Source: an uncultured Candidatus Rokubacteria bacterium
GTDB lineage: Bacteria > Methylomirabilota > Methylomirabilia > Rokubacteriales > CSP1-6
Length of the DNA stretch: 64,000 nucleotides
Direction of reading: 5' to 3'
Assembly: GCA_963771355.1 (NCBI GenBank)
Contig: CAVYTA010000005.1
Coordinates: 512,001 to 576,000, forward strand
The notes beneath the pieces were generated by a model. The model saw nothing but the letters and a program-made list of their open reading frames with translations. It was not told where the DNA came from and did no database searches. The number at the start of each line of letters is the position of its first letter. Position 1 is the stretch's first letter. Below are positions 55,696 to 64,000 of this stretch, piece after piece. A program made the translations under genes and the position numbers.

Positions 55696-55723
55696 ATGAC
55701 GAGCGACAGGGGGCGGTGGTTGA
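55696..55723 (-). promoter_or_regulatory. Candidate autoregulatory ECF promoter
   Basis: AAC-N17-CGTC on the minus strand upstream of the sigma gene. Confidence 0.4.
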
Positions 55724-55758
55724 CCGGTGGGAGAAGAAAACGCAGGCGCGACGAACGG

Positions 55759-56403
55759 TTACTGCATCCAGCCGGAAACGCCCAGATAGTGCGCGGCCAG
55801 GCCCAGATACTCGTGGAGCACCCGCTCGGCCATCCGGCGCTCTCGCCACCAGCCGTCCCGAGGGAAGGGCCCATAGGGACTGCCCCGAACGATCGCCGCG
55901 ACCCCATCGCTTCCGCGTCGGTACCAGATCGTTTTTACCCGGCGCGTATGCTCAGGCGAGCTCACGAGAATGAGACGGTGCCAGCCGCGCGCGCGGGCTT
56001 CCTGCCGCACCAGGGCCAGCTCGTCCTCGGTGATCTGTGCTGTCTGGGCGATGGTCACGAGGGCGGCCGCGGGGATGCCGAAGTGGAGCAGCGCGGCCTG
56101 CGACTCGCCCTGGACGTCCAGAGGCCGCACGCCCATCTGCACGAGCGCCGCCACGCGCTCGGGATTCACGGGGTGGGACACGATGACGCGAGGGGCCCAG
56201 CCCTGCTTGAAGAGATCGGCCACTGCGCGCTCCCGGAAGGGCGCGCCGCCCGCCACCACCACGAGGGCGTCGGCGTCGGCGAGCGCGTCCTCCACGATCA
56301 GGGCGCGCGCCACCGCGCGGAGCAGGGGCCCGTGCAGCGCCCAGAGCGTGACGCCAAGGAGTAGGCCCCCCGCGACAATTCCCAGCAGCCGGCGACGTCT
56401 CAC
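55759..56403 (-). CDS. YdcF/DUF218 family protein
   Basis: ADALVVVAGG, T.DE, ILVSSPEHTRR and HEYLG motifs. Confidence 0.85.
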   Translation of the reverse strand: MRRRRLLGIVAGGLLLGVTLWALHGPLLRAVARALIVEDALADADALVVVAGGAPFRERAVADLFKQGWAPRVIVSHPVNPERVAALVQMGVRPLDVQGESQAALLHFGIPAAALVTIAQTAQITEDELALVRQEARARGWHRLILVSSPEHTRRVKTIWYRRGSDGVAAIVRGSPYGPFPRDGWWRERRMAERVLHEYLGLAAHYLGVSGWMQ

Positions 56404-57543
56404 CGCTCGAGCTCGATCAGGTACTCCTTCACCCGCCGGGCGTCGGGGGCGTCGGGCTTGAGCGCCAGGTATCGCTCGAAGGCCTCGCGCGCCCGGACAT
56501 TGTCCCGAGCCTGGTAGTAGAGGTAGCCGAGCTGGCGGAGCGGGTCCGCAAACGCGGGGTCGAGCGCGATGGCCCGCTCATAGGCCTCGCGTGCCTGCTG
56601 GACCAGCCGCGGCCGGTCCTCGGGCCGCGGGGCCCGCTGCGCCTCGAGCCGATGGAGATCGCCGTAGTAGAGGTGAGCCACCGGGTCCGCCGGCGTCAGG
56701 GCGAGCACGCGGTCGAGCTGGCTCCGGCCGAGCCCGAAGCGGCCGGCCCGGACGTCCAGCGCGGCGTTCTCCCGCAACGCCAGCCGCGTGCGGAGCGCGT
56801 AGGCCTCGCTGCCCCTCGTCAGCGCCTCGAACGAGGCGTCAGCAGAGTTCGCGAGGAGCCACTCCCGCGTGCCGGCGAGCCGCTCGTCGAGCCGGGCGCG
56901 ATTGCCGAGGTAGAAGCCCTCGAGACGGATCGGGCCGCCCGACTCCCCGCGGAGCCGCTCGAAGGCGCGCGGGGCCTCGCGCGGATCGTAGCCCGCCCGC
57001 ACCATGCGGGCGAGGCCTTCGGTGTCGGCCTCGCGCTCGAGGTCGCGGCCATAGCCGGTGACGGCGGCGGTGTAGGTGAGCGGCAGCCCCTGACTGACGA
57101 GCAGGCTCGACCCCGAGGGCGAGGCCGTATCCGGCGCCTCCCGGCCCGCGCGAAGGGCGTGCCGCCCGGTGAGGTGCACGGCCTCTCGCCCCAGGATCGC
57201 GGCGAGCTGGGCTTCATTGTCCAGGCGGGCCAGGAGCCCGGTGTGGACGAAGAGCCGACCGTTGGGCAGCGCGAACGCGTTCGGCGCGGCGTCGCGGAGC
57301 ACGGTGACGCGGACGGTGGGGGCGTCCGCCGCCGCGATGAGGCGGGTCATGAGGTCCGCGAGATACTCGTCCAGCGGGGGCTCGTCGTGGACCCGGACCG
57401 TCCGGAGGAAGCGCTCCTCCTCTCCGCCGGCCTGGTCCCGGAGGGTGCGCTCCTCGACCTCGGAGGGGATCGCGGTGGAGGCGCAGCCCGCGAGCTGGCA
57501 AATCACGAGAAGCCGCGTCAAAAGCTTGGTCGCTGGTCCCCAT
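56400..57543 (-). CDS. M48/BepA-like lipoprotein with TPRs and a degenerate zinc motif; start affected by a probable G-run frameshift (otherwise TTG at 57521)
   Basis: PNAFALPNG, EAQLAAILG-REAVH, EREAD, C-terminal TPRs, lipobox LAGC. Confidence 0.78.
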
Positions 57544-57576
57544 CGCCTGTAGGATGGCCGCGAGGAGGTGCTCCCT

Positions 57577-58017
57577 ATGCGTCGTGCGCTCATCATCTCG
57601 GTAATCATGCTGACCCTCACGGCCTGCGCGTCGTCTCCGACGCGACCGCAGCGAAGCGAGTTCGAGGACATCCCGGTCCCCAAGGGCCTGACGGTGGACA
57701 TGGACAAGTCCACCATCATCGAGTCGCCCGCGGTCAAGGCCGCCCGCATCTTCTACAAGGGGCGCGTGGAGCCGGACAGTCTCGGCACCGCATTCCGGAC
57801 CACTCTGGAAGCCAATGGGTGGCGGCATCTGTCGTCGACCACCGCGTCCAGCAAAGGTACCACGCAGATATACGAGAAGACGGGGAACTCGCTCCAGATC
57901 CTGATCTACGAGGGCATCTACTACACGTGGGTGGAGCTCTCCGCGACCAGATTCGTGAGCGGGTCCGCGCAGTCCGCGCCGGCTCCCGGCGCCACACCCG
58001 TCCCCGCGACCCGCTAG
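57577..58017 (+). CDS. Lipoprotein of unknown function
   Basis: GAGGAGG SD, lipobox LTAC, FEDIPVP motif. Confidence 0.8.
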   Translation: MRRALIISVIMLTLTACASSPTRPQRSEFEDIPVPKGLTVDMDKSTIIESPAVKAARIFYKGRVEPDSLGTAFRTTLEANGWRHLSSTTASSKGTTQIYEKTGNSLQILIYEGIYYTWVELSATRFVSGSAQSAPAPGATPVPATR

Positions 58018-58030
58018 CGCGATCGCGCCT

Positions 58031-58079
58031 CCTCTCGCCCTCCCTCTCCTCCCGTTGCGGGGGAGAGGGCAGGGTGAGG
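58031..58079. repeat. REP-like palindromic element between convergent genes
   Basis: CCCTCTCCTCCCG-TTG-CGGGGGAGAGGG-CAGGGTGAGG pattern. Confidence 0.6.
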
Positions 58080-58099
58080 AGCCAGTGGGCCGAGCAGGC

Positions 58100-59593
58100 C
58101 TAGGGGCGTCGCCAGTCCCGACCCTCGCGCTCGAGTAGCGTGTCGGCCTCGGCGGAGCCCCAGGTGCCGGCCTCGTAGTTGGGAAACTTGCGCGGGTCCC
58201 CTTTCCCCCAGGCCTGTACCACCGGCTCCAGCAGCTCCCAGGAGAGATCGACCCAGTCACCGCGGGCGAACAGCGTGGCGTCGCCCTTCATCGCGTCGAG
58301 CAGGAGGCGCTCGTACGCCTCGGGCGGCTCGGCCCCGAACGCCTTGTGATAGTCGAAATCCATGTCCACCAGCTTGATGCGTGGCTCGGAGCCCGGCAGC
58401 TTGGCGCCGAATTGCAGCGAGATCCCCTCGTCGGGCTGAATGCGCAGGATGAGCCGGTTCGGCTCGGCGGGAGTCTCCGGGTTGCGCCGGAAGACCAGGT
58501 GGGGCGTGCGGCGGAACTGCACCGCGATCTCGCTGGTGCGCTTGGGCAGGCGCTTGCCGGTGCGGAGGTAGAACGGCACTCCCGCCCAGCGCCAGTTGTC
58601 CACGCCCAGCTTCAACGCGGCATAGGTCTCGGTGATGGACTCCGCCGAGACGCCCTTTTCCTCCCGGTAGCCGGGCACGCGCTGGCCTCCGACGAAGCCC
58701 GGCCCGTACTGGCCGCGCACCGCCACCGAGTCCACCTCGCCCGGCGGGATCGGTCGCAGCGCCCGCATCACCTTGGTCTTCTCGTCGCGTACGGGATCCG
58801 CGTCGAAGGTGACCGGCGGCTCCATGGCCACCAGGCAGAGGAGCTGGAGGATGTGGTTCTGGATCATGTCGCGCAGCGCGCCCGACTCCTCGTAGTACGC
58901 GCCGCGGCCCTCCACGCCCAGGGTCTCGCCCACCGTGATCTGCACGTGGTCCACCTGGTTGCGATTCCACAGGGGCTCGAAGATACCGTTGGCGAACCGG
59001 AAGACGAGGATGTTCTGGACCGTCTCCTTGCCGAGATAGTGATCGATCCGGTAGACCTGATCCTCGCTGAACACCCCGTTCACCACGTGGTTGAGGGCGC
59101 GTGACGAGGCGAGGTCGCGGCCGAACGGCTTCTCGATGACGATGCGCACCCAGGAGTCGGCGCCTTCGCCGCGCTGGAATCCCGCCTCCCCGAGCCGGTT
59201 CACGATATGGGGATAGAGCGAGGGCGGGGTGGAGAGGTAGAAGAGCCGGTTCCCGCTGGTGCCGCGCTCCCGCTCCACCTGCTTGATGAAGTCGCCCAGG
59301 CCGGGATAGATGCTGGGATCGGCGGGATCGGCGGTGTAGTAGAAGAGCGCCTGGGAGAAGCGCTCCCACACCCGCTGCGACGGAGGCTGGACCCGCGCGA
59401 AGTCGGCGATGGCCTCGCGCATGTTGGTGCGGAAGACCTCGTTGCTCATCTCGGTCCGCGAGACCCCGATCACCGCGAAGGGCTCGGGCAGTACCCGGCT
59501 CTGGAACAGCGACCACAGGGCGGGCACGAGCTTGCGCTTGGTGAGATCGCCCGAGGCGCCGAAGATCACCATCACGCAGGATTCGTCGGCCAC
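58100..59593 (-). CDS. zwf: Glucose-6-phosphate 1-dehydrogenase
   Basis: [21 protein letters not shown] and YLRTGK motifs. Confidence 0.96.
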   Translation of the reverse strand: MADESCVMVIFGASGDLTKRKLVPALWSLFQSRVLPEPFAVIGVSRTEMSNEVFRTNMREAIADFARVQPPSQRVWERFSQALFYYTADPADPSIYPGLGDFIKQVERERGTSGNRLFYLSTPPSLYPHIVNRLGEAGFQRGEGADSWVRIVIEKPFGRDLASSRALNHVVNGVFSEDQVYRIDHYLGKETVQNILVFRFANGIFEPLWNRNQVDHVQITVGETLGVEGRGAYYEESGALRDMIQNHILQLLCLVAMEPPVTFDADPVRDEKTKVMRALRPIPPGEVDSVAVRGQYGPGFVGGQRVPGYREEKGVSAESITETYAALKLGVDNWRWAGVPFYLRTGKRLPKRTSEIAVQFRRTPHLVFRRNPETPAEPNRLILRIQPDEGISLQFGAKLPGSEPRIKLVDMDFDYHKAFGAEPPEAYERLLLDAMKGDATLFARGDWVDLSWELLEPVVQAWGKGDPRKFPNYEAGTWGSAEADTLLEREGRDWRRP

Positions 59594-59594
59594 G

Positions 59595-62306
59595 TCATCC
59601 CTTCCGCGTCACCGCGCGCACCGCCTCGACGAGCTTCTCGAGCGTGGCCGGCTGGGCGCCCCGGAGGTGAACCCGCGCCACGCGGCGGCCGGCCTCGGCC
59701 AGGGCCTGGAGATCACCCAGGGCCTGGGCCGCCTTCAGCGTCCCGAAACCGTACCCGGGCCCCGGGATGATGAGCTCCTCCGCGTCGTCGATGGTGAGCT
59801 GCAGGAAGAGCCCGTTCGGCTTCCCGCCCTTGTGGAGCTGGCCGGTGGAGTGGAGGTAGCGCGGGCCATACGCCACCGTGGTGGCGACGCGGAACCGGTC
59901 GCGCAGGAGGACGCGAATCTCCTTCAGGCGCTCCCCCGCGTCCGGGGTCGGCGTGAGGTAGGCCTGGATGGCGAGGTAGTCCCCCGGCTGCGCCTGGGTG
60001 AAATGAGCGCCCAGCCCCTCGGCGAAGGAGTCGGGCTTGTCCTCCCCGCCGGTCATGAGCGCGAGTCCGCCTTCCTCGGCCACCACCTTCCACTCGGGGA
60101 GCCGGTGCGTCTTGCGCCAGCGCTCCAGGAGCTCGCCGGTCTTCTCCTTGGCCGAGGCGACATTGGGCTCGTCGAAGGGATTGACCGCGAACAGCGCTCC
60201 CGTCGCGGCGGTCGCGATCTCCCAGCGGACGAACTCGCCGCCGAGCTCGAGCACATCGTTGAGCTCGAGGCGTATCACCGGGTGCCCCTCCGCGGCGAGC
60301 TGGCTCAGCGCGGCGTCGTGCGCGCTGTCGCCCTTGAGGAGGACGGCCACGAAGAGGCGGTCATCGCCGTACACCGGGGGCGCCCCGAGCGGTTCCGCGT
60401 CCACCGGCACCAGCCCCTTGCCGTCCTTGCCCAGCGACTCGGCGAGGAGCTGCTCGATCCAGGATCCGAACGAGCGGAGCTTGTCCGAGAAGACGAGGGT
60501 GACCTTGTCGCGGCCGGCGCCCGCGAAGGCCGCCAGCGCCGCGCCGAGGCGGAGGCCGGGATTCTCGGCCGGGGGCACCTCGCGACCGCACGCGTCCAGC
60601 ATGTTCTCGGCGCGCTCGAGGAGGCTCTTGACGTCCACCCCGATGAGCGCCGCCGGCACCAGCCCGAAGAAGGAGAGCGCGGAATAACGCCCGCCGATGG
60701 TGGCGGGGTTGAGGAAGGTGCGCCGGAACCCCTCCTCCGCCGCGAGCTTCTCCAGCGGCGTCCCCGGGTCGGTGATGGCCACGAACTGCATGCCGGGCTT
60801 GGGGGGCCGTCCGCCTTCGACCTGAGCGCGGAAGAAGGCGTACAGCGAGGTCGTCTCGAGGGTGGTGCCGGACTTGGTGGCGACGACGAACAGCGTCTTG
60901 GGGAGATTGATCCGCTCGAGCACGCGCTTCACCATGCCGGGGTCGGTGGAGTCGAGCATGAGGGGATCGGGGAAGCCCATCTTGGAGCCGAAGGTGAGGT
61001 TGAAGACCTCGGGCGCGAGGGACGAGCCGCCCATGCCCAGGAGCACCACGTGCGTGTGCTGGAGACGCCGGATCTCGTTCGCGAAGCCCCGGAGATCCTC
61101 GGCCGTCTCGCGCATGACGGTGGGCACGGTGAGCCAGCCGAGGCGATTGCCGATCTCGTCGGCGTCGCCCGGCCAGAGCGTCGCGTCCTTGGTCCAGAGG
61201 CGGCCCGCGAAGTCCTGCTGCTCGAGCGTCTCGAGCGCGCCGGCCACCGCCGGATGCCGGAGCGCATTCGGGGGGAGCGGTATCGCGGGAGGCGCGGGCT
61301 CGGGCGCCGGCGCGGGCCCGGAGCTCTTCGACGCGCGCGGGGGCTGGGCCGGCTCGGCGCTCCGGCTCTTCTCGGCGCTCGCGGCGGCCGGCTCCTTCGG
61401 CTTGCTTCCTCCCGTCGCCCCCGCGGGCGGCTCGGCCTGGCGACCGCGAGATCTCGGCGTCTCCCTGGGCTGCAGCGCATCGTCGTCGAGCGAGATCACG
61501 CCCTCGCGGCGGACGGGCTCGTCGTCGTCGTCCTTGCCCCCCGTGGCCTGGCGAATCAGCTCGGCCGCGGCGGTGGCGAGGGGATCGGCGGGGCGCGGCC
61601 CGCGCTCTTCCACCCGAGGCCGCGGCGGAATGGGCGGAGGCGCAGGACGCGCGGGCGGGGCCGGCCGCGGTGCCGCGGGTGCCGCCGGGCCCACGGGTGC
61701 GACGGCTGGCGACGGTACCGGCGGCCGCGCGACAGCCGGCGGCGCCTTGGCCTCTGACGCGAGCGCCGCGCGGGTCGGCGCGGGCGCCGGTGTCACCGGC
61801 CGCGGTGGCGCCGGCGCCGTCATCGGCCGCGGCGCTGCGGGTTGTGCCTTGTCGGGGGCGGGCAGGCCGCCCTCGAGCTGGGTGATCTTGGCCACCCGCC
61901 GAGCGTGTCGCTCCTCGCCGGAGAAACGCGCCTCGAGCCACCCGCGCGTCACCTCGACCGCGGTGGTCTCGTCCAGCACCCGGGCCCCGAGGCAGAGCAC
62001 ATTGGCATCATCGTCCTCGCGGCTCTGCCGCGCCGTGAAGAGATCGTGACAGAGCGCGGCGCGGATGCCCCGGAGCTTGTTGGCCGCGATGGAGGCACCC
62101 ACGCCGCTGCCGCAGACGAGGATCCCCGCGTCCACGAAGCCGCGCAGCACCGCCTGGCCCACGGCCCGGGCGAAGTCCGGATAGTCCACCGGATCGGTGG
62201 AGAAGGTGCCGAGGTCGAGGATGTCGTGCCCGTCGGCCTCGAGGGCCGCGGTGATGGGGCCCTTGAGGGCGAAGCCCGCGTGGTCACAGCCGAGTGCTAG
62301 GCGCAT
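59595..62306 (-). CDS. Fusion of ribose-5-phosphate isomerase B, a Pro/Ala-rich linker and glucose-6-phosphate isomerase
   Basis: RpiB motifs GCDHAG, DYPD and CGSGVG; PGI motifs [25 protein letters not shown] and [10 protein letters not shown]; a single open frame. Confidence 0.88.
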   Translation of the reverse strand: MRLALGCDHAGFALKGPITAALEADGHDILDLGTFSTDPVDYPDFARAVGQAVLRGFVDAGILVCGSGVGASIAANKLRGIRAALCHDLFTARQSREDDDANVLCLGARVLDETTAVEVTRGWLEARFSGEERHARRVAKITQLEGGLPAPDKAQPAAPRPMTAPAPPRPVTPAPAPTRAALASEAKAPPAVARPPVPSPAVAPVGPAAPAAPRPAPPARPAPPPIPPRPRVEERGPRPADPLATAAAELIRQATGGKDDDDEPVRREGVISLDDDALQPRETPRSRGRQAEPPAGATGGSKPKEPAAASAEKSRSAEPAQPPRASKSSGPAPAPEPAPPAIPLPPNALRHPAVAGALETLEQQDFAGRLWTKDATLWPGDADEIGNRLGWLTVPTVMRETAEDLRGFANEIRRLQHTHVVLLGMGGSSLAPEVFNLTFGSKMGFPDPLMLDSTDPGMVKRVLERINLPKTLFVVATKSGTTLETTSLYAFFRAQVEGGRPPKPGMQFVAITDPGTPLEKLAAEEGFRRTFLNPATIGGRYSALSFFGLVPAALIGVDVKSLLERAENMLDACGREVPPAENPGLRLGAALAAFAGAGRDKVTLVFSDKLRSFGSWIEQLLAESLGKDGKGLVPVDAEPLGAPPVYGDDRLFVAVLLKGDSAHDAALSQLAAEGHPVIRLELNDVLELGGEFVRWEIATAATGALFAVNPFDEPNVASAKEKTGELLERWRKTHRLPEWKVVAEEGGLALMTGGEDKPDSFAEGLGAHFTQAQPGDYLAIQAYLTPTPDAGERLKEIRVLLRDRFRVATTVAYGPRYLHSTGQLHKGGKPNGLFLQLTIDDAEELIIPGPGYGFGTLKAAQALGDLQALAEAGRRVARVHLRGAQPATLEKLVEAVRAVTRKG

Positions 62307-62339
62307 GGACTCACCATATCTCCGGTCGGACCCATTCTC

Positions 62340-63794
62340 TCAGGAGTGTGGAGGCCCCACAACGTTGTCGTAGAGGCGCTGCTGGCGTTCCCGGGCCGCC
62401 CGAAAGGCCGCGTGCCGTCCGCGGTCCGGGGCGATGATGCGGCCGCGCGAGACCGGAGGCGGGACCGGTGCCCCGATCGCGGCCAGGGTTCGGAGGGCGG
62501 CGCCGCGGCTCGAGGCCTCCGCCTCGGCGGACACCGTCAAGGGCCGGCCGAAGGCGTCGGCAAGCATTCGCGTCCAGGCGGGCGAGTGCCGCAGGGCGCC
62601 GCCCGAGGCGATCACGTCATGCCCCGCGTCGGCGAGCGGCGCCAGACGCTCGTAGACCAGGGAGAGGCGCAGCGCCACCGCCTCGAGCAAGGCGGCCACC
62701 ACGTCGACCGCGTCCGTGGCCAGCGAGAGGCCGGTGATGGCCGCACGCGCGTCGTCGCGCCAGCCCGGACTTCGCTCGCCGGCGAGGAAGGGAAGCGCGG
62801 TGAGACCGTGCGAGTCGGGCGTCCGCTGCGCCAGCGCGTCCTCGAGCGCGGTCTCGCCGGGCAGGGTCAGCCGATCCCGGCACCAGGCGAGCACATTGCC
62901 GCCCTCCGAGGTGGCGCCGCCCACGAGCGAACGGGTGGCGTCTATCCGATAACGCCAGAGGCCCATCGGCACCGCCGCGACTCTTGGCAGGACAACGCGC
63001 AGGGCGGCGGACGTGCCGACGTTCAGCGCGACGTGCTCGGGCCCCGCGCAGTCCGAGCCCAGGTTCGAGCAGCCGCCGTCGCCCCAGCCGGGAAACCAGG
63101 GCACCCTGGCCAGCGCCGGCCAGCGCGCGGCCCACTCGCCCACGAGCCCGCGCGCGGGAGCATCGACGATGGTGGGGAGCCGCTCCGGCCCGATCGCGCA
63201 CTCGGCCAGCAGGGGCGCATCCCACGCCAGCGCCTCCTGGTCGAGGAGCCCGGTGCCCGATGCCATCGAGATGCTCGCCTGGAGCGTGCCGGTGAGCCGC
63301 GCGAGGAGATACTCGGCGAAGCCGCACCACGTGGCCGCGCGCGCGAAGACGTCGGGCCGGCTCGCGCGGAGCCAGGCCAGCCGCGCGGGGTAGAACGCCG
63401 CGTGCAGCGGGGCGCCGGTGCGCGCGTGGGTGGCGCGCGCGTCGAGCCGGCCGCGCAGGGCCGCCGCGGCGGCCGCGCTCCGCGTGTCGGCCCAGGTGAA
63501 CAGCGGGGTGAGGGGGCGGCGCTCACCGTCGAGCGCGAGCAGGCTGTGCCAGAAGACGGAGGCGCCCACGCCCGCGATCTCGCCGGCGCGCGCGCCCGCA
63601 CCGGCCAGGCAGCCGTCCACTGCAGAGGCCACCGCCTCCACGAGGGCGTCGGCGTCGAACTCGACGGTGCCGTCGGGCGCGGTGCGCGGCGCGAAGGACA
63701 CGCGGCCCTCGGCACCGGGCAGGGGGCGCGCGGCGGCATCGAAGCATGCCGCGCGTGCCGAGCTGGTCCCGACGTCCAGCGCCATCACGAGCAT
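62340..63794 (-). CDS. gntK: Gluconokinase (FGGY family)
   Basis: LDVGTSS, TWADTRS, NVGTSAA and GERSPGW motifs; in an operon with zwf. Confidence 0.82.
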   Translation of the reverse strand: MLVMALDVGTSSARAACFDAAARPLPGAEGRVSFAPRTAPDGTVEFDADALVEAVASAVDGCLAGAGARAGEIAGVGASVFWHSLLALDGERRPLTPLFTWADTRSAAAAAALRGRLDARATHARTGAPLHAAFYPARLAWLRASRPDVFARAATWCGFAEYLLARLTGTLQASISMASGTGLLDQEALAWDAPLLAECAIGPERLPTIVDAPARGLVGEWAARWPALARVPWFPGWGDGGCSNLGSDCAGPEHVALNVGTSAALRVVLPRVAAVPMGLWRYRIDATRSLVGGATSEGGNVLAWCRDRLTLPGETALEDALAQRTPDSHGLTALPFLAGERSPGWRDDARAAITGLSLATDAVDVVAALLEAVALRLSLVYERLAPLADAGHDVIASGGALRHSPAWTRMLADAFGRPLTVSAEAEASSRGAALRTLAAIGAPVPPPVSRGRIIAPDRGRHAAFRAARERQQRLYDNVVGPPHS

Positions 63795-63839
63795 CGTTGG
63801 GGTATATTCATACACACAAACGCCAACGAGGAGACGGCC

Positions 63840-64000
63840 ATGACCAGGATCCGGGTATTGAGTCCGCAGGGAGAGTCGCGCACGGTCACCCATGCGGTGC
63901 CGTCGCTGCCGCAATCCTTCCGCGGGCTCACGGTGGGATTTCTCGACAACAAGAAGCACAACTTCGACCGGCTCGTGCTCGAGATGGGCGAGCTCATGGT
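63840..64000 (+). CDS. UGSC-family (seleno)protein-like, N-terminal fragment
   Basis: GAGGAG SD; MTRIRVLSP...GLTVGFLDNKKHNFDRL resembles UGSC-family N-termini; truncated by the window end. Confidence 0.6.
   Translation, partial: MTRIRVLSPQGESRTVTHAVPSLPQSFRGLTVGFLDNKKHNFDRLVLEMGELM

Noticed and set aside
59409..61757. Long antisense or alternate-frame ORFs (this one, 7241-9235, 15106-17193, 38019-39836 and many others)
   Set aside because: Expected in high-GC DNA; they overlap motif-supported genes and show no recognisable domains.

Overview
Very GC-rich, densely coding bacterial chromosome segment. The gene content and style suggest Candidatus Rokubacteria/Methylomirabilota, which is an inference only. 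No rRNA, tRNA, CRISPR array, integrase or transposase was recognised. Contents from left to right: (1) a minus-strand catabolic operon (amidohydrolase, CaiB, enoyl-CoA hydratase, GlcG, OsmC, methyltransferase, dienelactone hydrolase, acyl-CoA dehydrogenase); (2) a peptide ABC transporter with two MaoC genes; (3) pdxH and a TauD-family gene; (4) a solitary sigma54-driven type IV pilin; (5) many oxidoreductases and a cinA-sirtuin pair; (6) a type II PKS/FAS-like, aryl-polyene-like cluster with two KS/CLF pairs, ACP, acyltransferase, GT2, two halogenase-like flavoproteins, an ABC exporter and an ArnT-like GT; (7) copD, hpnJ, serA and an ECF sigma/anti-sigma/Spy envelope operon; (8) a gntK / rpiB-pgi fusion / zwf operon. 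Signals missed by the ORF track: an in-frame UGA plus SECIS-like hairpin that makes the OsmC protein a probable selenoprotein; a dispersed, structured repeat at gene junctions that supplies its own SD and ATGA start/stop coupling; a collapsed DinB remnant marking a duplication/insertion; two probable single-G frameshifts; and back-to-back leaderless promoters.
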